From Raja brachyura (taxonomy: Eukaryota), in assembly GCA_963514005.1 (NCBI GenBank), contig OY740781.1:178064001-178128000 (forward strand): a stretch of DNA of 64,000 nt, read 5' to 3'. Each line of letters begins with the position of its first letter. Position 1 is the first letter of the stretch. Positions 25,641 through 39,737 of this stretch are shown here, piece by piece. A model generated the notes under the pieces. The model was not told where the DNA came from. It searched no databases and worked only from the letters and a program-made list of their open reading frames with translations. The position numbers and the translations under genes were made by a program.

Positions 25641-26791
25641 TCCGTCCCCCAAGGCAATATTCCACCACTCATCCATAGCCCCCAACTGCACAGGAGCGGC
25701 TGACGTGTTCCCGTTGTGACTCGAGTGACGGCAACCCTCCCCCAATTGTGCAGGCGCGGCCGGCAAGTGGGAGCACGACTGCGACGTTTTTAAAGTTCAA
25801 AATGGCAATAACCAAAAAATATAAAATATAAGATCAATGTGAACGTATTTCACTCTCCCTCTTCAGTCCCCTATTCCCCTCCTCCATTATCCTCCCTCTC
25901 CCCACCCTCCTCTGCTTCCTCCCTCTTCCCCCTCCCATCCTCCATTACCTCGCCATCCCTCTTCCTACCCCTATCCTCTTCCATTACCCTTCATCCCCAG
26001 CACTTCCTTCCTCTTCACCCTCCCTCTTCTTTCCCCTCTCCTCTGCCCCTGCTCCTTCCCTCACTTCTCCCTCCCTCTCCTTTCCCCTACCCTCAATCAC
26101 TCCCTCCATAACCCCCCCCTCCTCTCCCTCTATTCCCCTGCTCCCCCACTCCTCACCTCCCCTATCCCACCCCCACTCTCCCTCTTCACCACCCCCACTG
26201 CCCTCCTCTCCCTCTATCCCCCACTCCCTACCTTCCCTCTCCCTCTATCTCCCCCCCTCCTCACCTCCCCTGCTTTCCCCTCCCTCTCCCTACCCGCCTC
26301 CTCTACCACTATCCCCCTGCACCCCCAATCCTCACCTCGTCCCTATCCCACCCTCCAACAATGAAAATCAGGAATTCTGATTTAAATGGAATTCTCAATG
26401 AAAATCATGTTTTTCTTTGAAATAACCTAAACACAATGTTAGCTGTTAATGAAAACGGAAAAATTTGATTAAAAATTAGTTTTGTTTTAGAATTTTAAAA
26501 AATCGCGGATTTTTAATGTAAATAAAATTTGGGATCCCATTGTGACGTCAAACGCGGCTGACAGGCAGGGCAAGTGGAAAAGTGGTTTTGTAAAGTGGTT
26601 TTTGTAAAGTTTAAAAAAATCAATAACTTGTAAAATATAACATCAATCTGAACGAAACTTGGCTATTGCACACCCGGGATAATGGTGAGTAAGGTGCGCT
26701 ATCATGTACCGTTTTAGCTGTGTTTCGGGAAATCATCCACATACAAACAAACAAAGGAACAAGATGAGAGTTTTAGTAAAATATATATGGA
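25641..26791 (-). mobile_element. Probable non-autonomous Helitron-like element with a C/T-rich low-complexity core (25850-26356)
   Basis: Minus-strand start A|TCCATATATATTTTACTAAAACTCTC followed by (TTTG)n; internal direct repeat at about 25787-25845 and 26601-26654; canonical CTRR 3' end not found. Confidence 0.5.
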
Positions 26792-26871
26792 TGTTAACAT
26801 GACAAATTACTAAATGTGCTCTCATTTGGGAACTATACTTGGATGATTCTTTGTTTTTTCATATGTCCCAG

Positions 26872-26980
26872 GATATGAAGCACATGATGACTGGTGGTCC
26901 TACCCTAAAAGAAACCAGAATTGTTTCTAGCAGCTATGGTAATCCATCTGAGGGAATCATTGAAGCTGAAACATATAGAG
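26872..26980 (+). CDS. ARFIP1: Arfaptin-1 coding exon 2 (DMKHMMTGGPTLKETRIVSSSYGNPSEGIIEAETYR-G)
   Basis: tcccAG acceptor, 109 nt, phase 0 to 1, GTAATG donor; aligns with the DLKH...EGVIEAG segment of arfaptin-1. Confidence 0.9.
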
Positions 26981-27774
26981 GTAATGGTAGTTTTACTTTT
27001 TTTTTTACAAGGCTCATATAATGTTTAATTTTTCATAATTGGAATATGTGTATTTCAAGTTCTTGATTCACATATATATTTCAATAATACTTGCATTCTT
27101 CTTTCATAAAGACAATTCAGCAATGCTGCAGACACTTGTGAGGTTGCTCTCAGAAAAAGATTGTCTTAAAAGGTGGAATGTAGACTAATGGGACCACATT
27201 TATCATTCTCATGCCATAAAAATGACTTGCAATAATTACTAAAATAATTGAAATGCTTATCTTTTTGAAGTCTGAAATGGTTTGAATACTTGTTTCTGAT
27301 GTATGTGCTTTTGTGAGTTTTCACTTGTATTAAGCTAGAGGCATTTGAGGTGAAAAATGTGGATCTATTGCCATTAATAAACATTATCAAGTTGGTTCTG
27401 TGAGCCGGGATTGATCAGTCCCCTACAAATTCCGATCAAAGTTGATGTTTCTGAAAAGAGCTACGAAAGTAGACCAATTTTTGTCCATTGAATCTGGAAC
27501 TTTTTTTCCTTAAAATATATATGTAATTATTTTTTTGAAAGTTACTTGAATCTTTCCTGCACATTACTGGCTGGGTTAAAAGAAACTCATCTTGTTCTTT
27601 TGCCAATTACATCATCGGTGCCTTTCGGTAACTCCCTTCTAAACCCGAAAAAAGTTAATTTACTAAAACATTTCGATCTTGTGCACCTCAATTAATAATT
27701 TGTTATTTTTTCTAAGAATTGCAATCCCAATTTCTCTATTTTCTCTACATTATTCAAATTGCACATCCCATGTA

Positions 27775-27955
27775 ACTTCCCCTCCCCTTCCCAGTTCTCC
27801 CACAGCCCACTGTCTCTACCTCTTCCTTTCTTCTTCCCGGCCCCTCCCCCCCCCCCCCCCCCCCCCCACATCAGTCTGAAGAAGGGTCACCCATTCCTTC
27901 ATTCCATAGATGCTGCCTCACCCGCTGAGTTTCTCCAGCGTTTGTGTCTACCTCC
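27775..27955 (+). mobile_element. Penelope 3' fragment (C-rich tract, then terminal repeat) with hammerhead deleted internally
   Basis: CAGTCTGAAGAAGGGTC|ACCCATTCC lacks TCGACCCGAAACGTC, a deletion between GTC repeats. Confidence 0.7.
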
Positions 27956-29277
27956 CATGTAACTGAGGTTTTAGTTATGTGAACACTGAAGAATCCTGAG
28001 TAAACTTAATCAAAGCATGCCTTTTTTGGCTTTCCGAAAGTTATGTCCAGAATTGATCATAATTCTATGGCTGGGACCAATACATGATTTATAAAAAACG
28101 TTATTACCATTCTGCTGTAGGTATCTATTTGTAAAGCAGGGATCTGTTGGGCTTTTTTAGCAGCCTTCGCATCGTAACATACATTCAAATATATTTATTC
28201 ACAACCCCTCTATCTGTTCCAGGATTCCTTTTAAAATTGTTTAATTTAGTTTATACTGTCTCTTGTCTAATCAAATTGCTTCACTTCATATTTCTCTCCA
28301 TCAAATCTCATCTGTGCTGTGCATGCACCATTTCCTTAGCCTGCTTATGCTCCCAGAAATATTCCTATCCTGCTCATTGTTTACTGTATTTACAAATGCC
28401 CACTATATGCAGAGATTGACATTATACACTTGTCTAAGTGAAAGAAGCAAAACCTATTCATGTGCACCTCTTCCACTAAATTTATATATAGTAGCAGAAG
28501 CTACTATATCAAACCCTCGAATTTTTTGATTTAACTGTAACAAGACTTAACTAGCATGTTACATTTTTATTTCAACGTCTGGAGGAAAAGCTGTGAACAC
28601 AGCGGGGTCATGGAACATTCAGCGAGAGAGGAAAAATGTTAACGGGGAACATTTTGCAATCGACATTGAGCACTGTCGACCCTCCACTCATTTCTGAAAT
28701 AAAACAAAAACATGCAATCTTTGCCTTGCTGATCTCTCAGCATGAGCTTGGAAAACTAGAGGGAGGGTTTACTCAGGCCACATTGGGGAAAAAAGCATCT
28801 CTTCATATGGGGTATCACACGAGTTGGCAAAAACAATTCATCCCTTGGAAAAAGTGAAACAATTGATCGTCAACTTAGTTCTGCATCCAGAAACAGTGAA
28901 ACAGCTGCACTTGGAATGTTTCTGAAAATGTATTTAAAAGCTTTTAATAATTTAATTTATACAAGTAACTTAAAGATCGAAACATCTTAAGCTGAAAAAC
29001 ATTTAAACATATTTTAAAATATCTTTAAAGCATTATGCATCCTGTTGCCCTGAAGTGAATTGCTGACAACAACTTCAGGATTTCTGTTCACATACATGTG
29101 GTAATCTTGAAATTGATGTCAATTCAGTAGAATAATGGCATGAATGCTGTCAGTTTCCCTGTCGCAGTGCCACAAAATCCATTTACCCTTCCACAGGATG
29201 ATCTTTCGTCAGCAAATTTAAAATTTGCTTTCTCAGATTGGCATGCTGCTGTCTATCAACCAAATCCATCATTTACA

Positions 29278-29363
29278 GAAGGGTCTCGACCCGAAACGTC
29301 GCCTATCTCCTTCACTCCTTAGATGCTGCTGCACCCGCTGAGTTTCTCCAGCTTTTTGTGTAA
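29278..29363 (+). mobile_element. 5'-truncated Penelope terminal insertion
   Basis: GAAGGGTCTCGACCCGAAACGTC...; perfect 12-bp TSD CCATCATTTACA at 29266-29277 and 29364-29375. Confidence 0.85.
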
Positions 29364-30929
29364 CCATCATTTACACGCTGCTCAGTTTGATTATTTTTTT
29401 TAAACTAATGTTTAATTAAAATATTGCATTTCAGGTTTGCTCACAAATTATCCTAAATACTGCATTTTGGAGTGAAAATAATTCAGGATGTTTTTGAATT
29501 ATTTTTTTTTGAAAACCCATATCCTTAAAGCAATTAAAAACGTGCTTTTTATTATGCTCTATTTATTTTACTTGTTTCCTAAAATTCCTCTCAGGAGTGA
29601 ATGGGCGGAAAATTATTACTGGTTTCCCCATAAAGACGGTTTGATTGGGAAATCCGAGGAACATAACAGATTTTCCTTTGCCAGACTCCTCTTGATACAA
29701 ATAATACTGGAAAAACATTACATTTGGACCATATCTTACTTTGGTTGCTCTATATTTGCACTCAAAGAATAAACTGAATTATTACGATAATATGAGAAAT
29801 TAAAAAATAAAAGTAAGCTATTTTAAACGGTTGATACTCTTTGGAGCACTCTGTATTAATCAACTATTATATTACTTGATTCTTATTTTGGAATTGAGTT
29901 TGGCTGTTTTGCTGACGCTGTGTTTTTAAATTGTGCATTTATTTCTCATTCTGTCAACAGATATGAACAAACTAATTTTGCTATGCTAAATATTGTGCAT
30001 GCTATCCTAGCAACAACTGTAGTGAAACATCAAAAAGTAATCTAGTGTATTGTGGCTAAATGGAGATTAAACTGGACAAACAGAAAAGCTAAGATGTTCC
30101 TTTTTGCATGAAATCCATAGTATGCAATATTGAACAGTCATTGTGTTTTTCTTCGGCTTACTCATTGAAGAAGCAAAAGCTTTCAAGTCACTGAGACTGA
30201 AACATTTAAATTTGAAAAGCATGAATTTTTATAATTAGCAGTCATGGAACCTTTTTATTTCCTACTCTTTCATAAGCAGCTGCGCGCTGAAGGATGGGTT
30301 CACTAAACTAGCTTGAATACCTTTTATAGCACAATGAAGATTTTCAACTGGTTACCATTTTGCCTGAGTTTGTAGTTTTTACATTAATATTTATATTGTA
30401 ACCATTATTCCAATAGCATTAAAAAGACTCTGCATGCAACATTCAACCCATATTAACAGACCAATCAAGTTTACTGACCATAATGTTAACCAGCACATCT
30501 TATGTAAAATTCAAATTTTACACCATTTGTAAGTAAATGAAGAGTTACTTTAAACATTCTTAGCAGAAATTGACTGGATGTATAACAATACATTTTCTTT
30601 AACATTAAAAGTGACTTTGTCATATTATTGTATTGATGGAGAGAAGTGACAATTTTCATTTGGGCATATATCCAGCAAGTAGACACTTGAACTAGACATG
30701 AGTTTCAATCCCATCATGGCATTTGAGGAATTTTAATGCAATGTATTAAATAAACTGGAATAAAATACTAATCACATAATGTACAATATCACATGTTGTA
30801 GATTGTGAGTTTAGGGGAGGAATTGATGAGATGTGTCTGGAAAAGTAGGATTATTAGGTTTGGTGTAGGTGTGTGCTTAATGGTCAGTGTGGATATGTCG
30901 TAGATCTCACTTCCATACTGTATGACTCT

Positions 30930-33400
30930 TGACACAAATCGGGGATGCATGTGCAAAATGTGTCGAATATCAGGATGGGTAAGAAAGTGGTTGAAAAACC
31001 ATATGGAACCCTAAGTTTAAAAATTAAGGCCTACAGTACAAGAGCAAGGAAATAACATTTTTAAAATAATGGCTAACCATTATTTAAAATTTTCTTCCTT
31101 AATTGGTGTCCTTTTCTGGGCACCACACTTTACAAAAGGTTGTTTAGAAGGTTGTTTACAAAAGGGAGCAGAAGAGATTAATTAAAATAATCCATAGGCA
31201 ACGCAAACAGGAGAATTGGCTGCTGGACCCTCATTGCCTTTTAATAAGATCATGGCTGATCTGATTGTAACCTCAACTCTGCATTGTTGTTTAACTATGG
31301 TTATCATTCAGTCACATCCTCATCAAGCATCTGTGGAATTCTCTGCCAGAAGTCAGTGAAGGCCAATTCTCTGGATAGCGGAGTCAGGGGATATGGCGAG
31401 AAGGCAGGAACGGGGTACTGATTGTGGATAATCAGCCATGATCATATTGAATGGCTGTCGGTGCTGGCTCGAAGAGCCGAATGGTATACTCCTGCACCTA
31501 TTGTCTACTTCTTTCTCAAAGATTCCACTTCCACTGCCCTTTAAAGTAGATGAGATAATCTAAAAACTTGAACAAAATAGCCTAAAAACAGGTGACCTAT
31601 TTTTAATCAGTGCAAACTCATTCTAGGTTCTCCCACAGGAAGAAATGTCTTTCACCATGTCGTGACACTTGAAATCTTCCATGTTTCAATCTATTCCCTC
31701 TTGCTGTGCTAAACTCCAGCATTTACAAACCTAGCTGGACGAACATTTCTGCGTGGGACAACTTGTCCTTTCTTGGCATTTGTCAGTAAACATTCTCTGA
31801 ATTAACATATATCCTTAAGTAAGGAGACCAATATTTAAGAAATTGTTTCATCGCTGTTCTTTGTGATTGGGGGGAAAGAATGAAAAACAATCTTCCTACT
31901 TTTGTCTTCAATCCTTAATAATAAGGGATAATATCCTGCTCGTTTTCCTACATACCTACTGCACCTGCATTCCATCGGTAAGGAATTTTAGTGATGTGGA
32001 TAAATTTGAGAGGCAATGGACATTGACGGGATCTAATGGGGGTATTTAAAACTAAGTAAGGCCTAGACAAAATAGATGTGGTAACTAATCCTATTGGCAG
32101 TAGTTGAAAAGGAATGGATATAGAATGAAGGTAATTACCAGATGCACCACAGGTGAAATTAAGATTTTTTTTTGCACAGAAAGCTGTTACCTCTAGGTCC
32201 ACAGGGGTACTGGTGGAGGAAATTATATTGTAGCATACAAAGAGAAGCTGGATAATTATCAGGAGAAAAATAGTGTTGGGGGAAGCAAACAGGGAAGAAC
32301 TGGTGCAAGCTCGATAGGCTTTTATGATTATTGCCATCTTTAACAAACGTCATACTTGCTTTGGAGGCAGTATAGCAAAGATTCCCATAATACCTCGTGA
32401 AATGCATGGGTTGGCCTATGAGGAAAGATTGAGCAGAATGACCAGTACCTTGGAGATCAGAAAAGGTTAACTCATTGCAAGAAGAGTAATTAGAGATGGA
32501 TTAATGCTGACCTTACTAGCGAAGCAGAGATGCTGAAAGTTAAATAAGTAAGATTTTCAGTGGTTTTCTAAGATGGATATTGTTTTCTTTGCTCAGCATC
32601 TCATATTAGGTACGTCATGGCGAGGTAAGGTTGGTCATCTAAAATTGAGAAAACAGATTTTTTTCAGTCTGAAAGGTCCCGACCAAAAATGCAGCCTGAC
32701 CCACAGAATTACTCCAACACTGCCTTCTACACAAGTTCTTTGTGCCTCTAGATTTTATATGGTTGTGAATTTTTATAATTCTCTGCCCCAGAGAGATGAA
32801 GCTTTGAGTACATTTAAGATTGTGATAGATCTTTTATTCACACAGTATAAACATAGAAACATAGAAAAATAGGTGCAGGAGTAGGCCATTTGGCCCTTCG
32901 AGCCAGCACTGCCATTCAATATGATCATGGCTGATCATCTAAAATCAGTACCCCCGTTCCTTCAACACGAAGAGTTAAATCTAACTCACTTGAAAACATT
33001 CAGGGAATTGGCCTCCATTGCCTTCTGTGGCAGAGAATTCCACAGATTCACAACTCTCTGGGTGAAATATTTTTTCCTCATCTCACTCCTAAATGGCCTA
33101 CCCCTTATTCTTAAACTGTGACCCCTGATTCTGGACTCCCCCAACATCGGGAACATTTTTCCTGCATCTACCCTGTACAATACTTTAAGAATGTTATAAG
33201 TTTCTATAAGATATCCTGTCATCCTTCTAAATTCCAGTACATACAAGCCCAGTCGAACCATTCTTTCATCATATGTCAGTCCTGCCATCCCGGGAGTAGA
33301 GAGATATAGGACTTAAGCAGGGGATGAAGCCAGAAATAGAATTACGATTATCTTATTGAACATCAGGACAGGCTTGAGGGAACATCTAACCAACTTCACT
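30930..33400. mobile_element. Cluster of nested CR1 fragments (young pieces: + 31328-31508, - 32850-33296)
   Basis: ORF 32986..33288 is the CR1 ORF2 C-terminus; (TTTCTATG)n-type tail on the minus strand; older pieces on both strands around it. Confidence 0.8.
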
Positions 33401-36400
33401 TTATATTCTGAAGTGAAAATACCTAGCAGAATAGTTCAGGGGAACTAGTCCTGCCAATGATGGTTACATCCTATAATTGATGAAATAAAAAATAACACAC
33501 CATACTGTTATATGTTGCAGTCAGTAACTAATTTAAACAAATGAACTCAGCCTTTTGGATAAACTGTTTCTTTCAGCTCCATGGATGCATCCGAGTTGAA
33601 TTTTGCAAAATTTTGCAAAATGGATATTTTTTTCATAACTTTCTACCAGATCAAATTTCTTATTCAATTTCATGGAATTCTTTGTGCAAGTTGCAAGTTG
33701 ATGATTTAAATTGAAATTAGTATTTTGAGTTTCCTTAAGCTGCTGGGTTGTTGGAGTTGGATGTGAATTTACATGAAGATGCAGCTTTTTTTAATCCACC
33801 GAGTTTTGATTAAGGAACTTAAAGCTGCAGATGTACACATTGCAGTAGAAGTGGGCTCAGAGTTTCAAGTAGTCAAATGTGCTGCTCAGATTAAGGAATT
33901 GGCTGTGTGGAAAAAGGTGAGGAATTGCTCAGACAATGCTGAGAATCAGTGTAGGAAGTTTGGGGTCATGTTGCTCCTGTTCTATTGTAATAATTGTAGT
34001 GCTTTTTGCATGTGATCAAAGCCGTTGAATGTGGGCTGGGTGCCTGTGTGAATGTTTATTGGGGACAGTAAGACTATACAAAGTGAACATGCCAGCAGGA
34101 GGTATCTCCGGCCTGAATCTCTCTGGTTCAGTGACGCTGAGCTGCAGTACAGGTTGGACATTTAAGTTGAATGGTAGATGGTTTATTTTGAAACCGTACT
34201 TTTGTATCAGACAGTCTCATTTAGGTGCTAAGATTTTGTTAAAGGAATCGTGCAGTGTGATATATGTAAGCTGAATTATCTTGTGCTATAAAATGTGAAG
34301 CTAATGAATTTGCACCTAATGTTTTGAAATCTGTATAACCAGCTAGAATATGATTAGTGTGAAGTTCACCTTTGAATTTATTTTCATTAAATTGAATAAA
34401 GGCACAAAGAGTCTAGACTATGCAAGCTGATCCTAAAAATGTAAAGCTGTTGAAAGATTCACATAGTGACTCTGGGATTCGTTGAAAACTCTAGTTTGAG
34501 TGAATTGACAGCAAGCTCGCTGCCAGGTTCATTTACGTTGTTTTGCTCGGGCATTCCTGATTTTTGATAAACATCCGGACTCTCATGGGTGAATTCCATA
34601 GCTGCTTGATTGATTTACCTGACCTTTGGTTGTGTTACAAATATGCCAATATATTTGGTGTAAATTTATCTGTTTTTCAGTGTGTGTGTGTTTTGACATT
34701 TAAAAAAAATTATATATTCATGCGCAAGTTCGAAATGTATAAACAGACTACTCTTAAAATAGTTTGAGGTCAGTTTTGCAGTGCATGGTTTATTCAGCTT
34801 TTCCGATCAGAATCTTTGTGCCGAGTTCTATTTATATGTTAAGGCAAGGCCAGCACCAGCCAAAAGCAGCTTAGACACTTATTAATGATGGGTAAGACTA
34901 CAAATGTTCCTTCTATTCTTCACTTTATTTAGTTTTTTAGTTGAGATACAGTGCAGAAACAGGCCATTCAGCCCCCCCCCCCCATCTGAGGAAACAAGGA
35001 AGGGAAATCTGCTCTAACATTACCAAACTGGAGACATTAAATAAAGAGAACGAGCAGGTGCGTTTGTGGGGAAAAACTATTCGCGTATATCACAGAACCT
35101 ATTTCAAGTATCATCTTGGCTGAATGGCATGGAAAAATATGGCAAAATCTGGAAACTTTCAGCGTTTGTGGAGCATTTGTGGAGTGAGAACAGAGTTAAC
35201 ATTTTGGGCCAAGGACCTGTTTAATTTTTGGTATTCCTGGTTACTCGCATCTCAATTCAACACTCCTATGTTTGTGCGAACATATTTTCGCAGCAGCAGC
35301 TTCTCAGAAAACACCGTGGCAATATTGAACATCCTGCAGATCATTTCCCTACTTGATTTAATTTTTATCTTTCCCCTATCCCCATCTCCACTACAATTGC
35401 TGCAGAACTAAAAGTGATTTAATCTGAGAATATATGCTTCCATTTTTAAATTGTTGTTGCACAAAACCACCTAACGTGATCTAATATGAATCGGATGAGA
35501 GAAGCAATGTAATTCTCGAAGAAAACCTGCTTCTGCACTTTTAATAGCACTATCCTGTAAAAGCAATCCAGAACCAAATAAACATACGGCTCCTTTCTCT
35601 TCAAAATAGTCATTAGATTCATCCATTATCACCCCCAGCCCCCTTTGAAAAAGAAAAAAAAGTAATTCAATTCCCAGAGAAACAAGGACAGGAAATGAAG
35701 GGAAACAAGGTGTGATGTGTCTAAAGAATGGCCAAACCCTCCCTCCCCCCCCCCCCCCCCCCCCCCTGTTGAAGTTTGTGGACACAATCAAATTAAAACT
35801 ACAAGCTCAAAATAAAGGTAAGGTATACAAGCATGGCACAGTAACCTGAGATGAGAAATCCATCATTCTATGTTGAAAAGAAATGCTGATTTGAAAAAAA
35901 AAGACCTGGTGTGGCATAACTTTCCTCTTCTCCATTAGCAGAGGGATATTGACACGGTGCAGATTATGGAGATGTCAGAAGCATTGTCTTTGCTAAGCTA
36001 AAGGAAACTTTGACTGACACTGATACTTGCTCAGTCAGAGCCGAGGTCAATCTAATGACTGAAAAATGGGAGTTCTGTTTCAGCCATTGAGGATCTGTTG
36101 GGGATGGCAATAGTGAGGTTCCAAGTCTAAAAATGAGAGCAAGGAATTGATATAATTTATTGCCTAAGAATTCTTATTTACCTACAGAAAATAATAATAA
36201 TCAGAAAACAACGCATATGTACAGGTGAAAAATAATTGCTAACAACATTTATTCTTTGGCAGCGAATCAGACTCCAATTCTTTAGGGCTGCTTTGAAACA
36301 ATTTCTATGACTTTAATTTAGGATACTGCACAAACAGGAAATCTTTCTTCCTACATCAATTCAATTTCATCTAATCTACCAAATTCTTTCCCCCATTCAC

Positions 36401-37787
36401 TCTGCCAAGTACTTAACTATTTAGTACATTCAATCCAAATGATATGAATACCAGATAGCCAGGGGTAATAAACATGTTGATAATACATCCTCCCATCATA
36501 TTAATTTCCTGCAAAAATGTATTATTAAGAACCATAATAAATCCTGCAATTGACAAGAACCCGAGAGATAACAGCATTAATGAAAAATTCTATACTAGTC
36601 AAAGGGAATTAATATATATATTCCTACACTGGGCCGTGTGCTAACTCATTAATCTATGACAGTGCTTTATCACTAGTGGAATTCATTTTAATTTTTACTC
36701 CCTCTCAATTTTCCCTACTTTACACCTTAACATGCACGTTTACTGGTGATCATTTTATGAATAAAGCAAATTTTAAAACTCACATTTATTATCATCGAAA
36801 AGTTGAGATTTGATTTATCTCTCAAGTTCTCGCCTCTGCAAGTTTCTTGGTGTCCTGTACTTTGTTCATTTTCATTGTTTGCTTTTCATTAGTATTGATA
36901 CTGAAGTATTTCTTCATGCTGTGATTAAACTGTTGATGATGTTGACAGTGATGGTTCTACATATTCAAGGTTCTATTTCTTCTTCTGGTGGGAAATTGGA
37001 TACGTTTGGCTCAAATTTCAACATTTCTACGAAAATAGTAACTTGGCACCAGAATTGTAACTCTCATATTTCTCAGAGACACTCTTTTAGGTGTAGTCAC
37101 TAATTACATATTAGAAAATTACTGAAGGTACATTGTATAGAATCTTGTGGTTTCTGGCTCAGCCATTTATCGTTCTTATGGAAACACCTAAACTAAAATT
37201 GAATATAATTACGTGTCATATGGAAGGATATGGTGGATTGAAGGCATTTCTTAAATCTTTTTTTGTTAATTACAATTTCCCAAACACGTGTCATAATTGT
37301 GCTTTGTATGCACAGAAATACCTTCTTGCCAATCTTAGAAACACTTTGTGACATCATGAAATGGCATTGATGATCAATGTACAGTTTGTGCGTTCAGGTT
37401 CCTAAAGAATGTTTACAGATTCAGTATTGTGATGTGCTCATTTACTGTAAGTTTTTCCCTGGTACCAATGTGGGTCTCTCTTTATTATTCAAATATTAGT
37501 TTAATTTTGCCTTTCAGATTATTAACATTTTAACATATATTTACTGTCTGTTTGTGTGTATGTATGTTTTTCTTTCTTCATCCCTACCACATGTTCCTTT
37601 AACCAAGACGACAACCATGAGATCTGTTGAAGGACATTGAAGCCGTTTGAGCAAAATGTTACCATTGGTGTTTATAATTTAAATTTTATGCAGCTCTTGT
37701 GGAAAAGGTCACCTTTTATCAGTTTGAAAATGCTCCATTCTTTGGGTCCTTTTGATGTTTCTTACTGTAAATCTTTACTGTTTTCAG

Positions 37788-37883
37788 GGTCCTCTTTCTT
37801 CCCAAAGAGTCCTGTATTGTTTCCCAGCAATGCAGCTGCTAGCAGATTGGCTGAACATGCACAGGATGTTTCTGGTCCTGCAG
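37788..37883 (+). CDS. ARFIP1: Arfaptin-1 96-nt cassette exon (GSSFFPKSPVLFPSNAAASRLAEHAQDVSGPA)
   Basis: ttttcAG acceptor, CAG|GTATTC donor, symmetric phase 1-1, 32 aa. The AASRLA motif matches the exon that distinguishes the long and short arfaptin-1 isoforms. Confidence 0.9.
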
Positions 37884-39737
37884 GTATTCACACCTCTCCC
37901 TGGGAAACTTATTCCTTTTCTTAGCTGGCAATGCACTAACTTATTCTAATATCTTTGCAAATAATTAATACTTCTCTTAATAATGCTTGCATATTTCTCT
38001 TTTGCCACTGAAGGTCGAATGATGCAATGTTTCAGTGGCCGTTCCTCATTCTATTCTTCGTTCTGGCTTCAATCTTGCCCAGCAGAATTCTTAGTTTATC
38101 AACAGTTGATCTTTGAATTGCTTTTGCTTAAATTAATGCTAATTGCTTTTTTTTCCTTTGGGGAGCATTCAATTTCTCGTGTCACATATGCTGAAAGCAT
38201 AAATTGATTGTAAAGATTGTGCCTCAGCCGCAACGATGGTACAGTCCAGTTTGACCACTATGACACATTGTTAATGCACAGCAATTTGCTCAAATGCTAT
38301 TTGAATCCAACTGCTAAATATTTCAATATAAATATAAAACAAACTGTAATAGTAATTTTTCAACAATTGACCTGCTAATTTAACAATTTTCAGATTCAGT
38401 CCCCAAGCTGAACCTATTTGGAATAGGGGATATGGATGGAAAAAAATGTCAGTAATACAATTTCGTCTGTTCGTCCTGTTTCCTAATTGCCCTCGTAGTA
38501 ATTAAACAGGCTGCCAACAATTGCTGTTTTGAATTATGGACAACATATTAAAGGGCATCTTAACAAATGACATTTACATTATGCTTTTAGCCTATGTGAC
38601 ATATAATTTAAATGTTTCTTTGGAACAGTACGCGAGCGATAGATAGTTGTGTTCACAAGGCGCATATTTTGGACGATCACATTTGGACTTTTTCAAAGAA
38701 TCATTTATTTTAGGCTCAAAGTGCAAAATATATTTTTGGAACGAAAATTGAAACCTCCCGTTTGGGGTTATTTTGAATGGGACTTTGAACCTAGTTAACT
38801 CTGACTGGATTCAACAGTTTCGCTCTACTCTGAGGTTTATTCTTGATGTCTTAAATTCCCTTCCAATCATGAATTGTTTCCCTTTTGATTTTTCTTCTCG
38901 CGTTTGATCGTTTTTTAAAAACTAACTTGCAGTAATCACTTTTGATCACTACTTGCTTTTAATCTGCTTTGTATTTTCCTTGAATTGTCCTGATTTTTTG
39001 TATTTATGATATTACAAAACTGCTGTGGTAATGCTGTCAGGCAGTTAATGTATTTTAAATATCTGCCTGATATACAAAACTTTTATTATCATACATTTTT
39101 AATTTCCCTTTCCTCTTTGTTTTGGATTGACTTTACCTTGAATCTATGTATAGGTTTTACATTCAGGTTTGTATCATATCTGATGCAAAGGTTTTCCATC
39201 TGTACCTACAAACTGTTGTATGATCAGGAAAGTATGATAGTATTGTATGGCCAAAGCATTCTACCTAGTAGTTAATACAATTCCCAATTTAGCAAACTCT
39301 TCTCCCCTCTTGCCTCCATCTCGCAAAGTATAAACTGTGTTTCAGTGTAATATTCCACCTGCCTCTCTCTTTTTTTCTTTTCGGGCCTTCAACTCTCTCA
39401 AGTACTCCCTTTCCCAGTTTCTCTCCTCCTGATCAACCAATAATTAAACCTTGAACTGACATGCACCAAGACTTCATAGCGTGGCAGGCCAGACGTAGCC
39501 TATGGGCATATCTTTAAAAGTATTCAAACCGACTACCTATAGCCGTGCTAACAAGTTTCACTTTTAACTGCCCTATGTGGTACGTATGACCCAAATTTGG
39601 ATTCTCACACAAGTGAAAACATTCTCTCTGCATCAACTCTATCTACAACACAAAACAGTACAGCACAAGAACACTACCTTTGACATACAATGTCCGTGCC
39701 GAACATGATGCCAAATTAAAATCATTTCTTCTTCCTA

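Noticed and set aside
25839-26111. Pro/Ser-rich ORF
   Set aside because: It is the translation of low-complexity C/T DNA.
33598-33621. Tandem palindrome ATTTTGCAAAATTTTGCAAAAT
   Set aside because: Short AT-rich local duplication with no supporting context.
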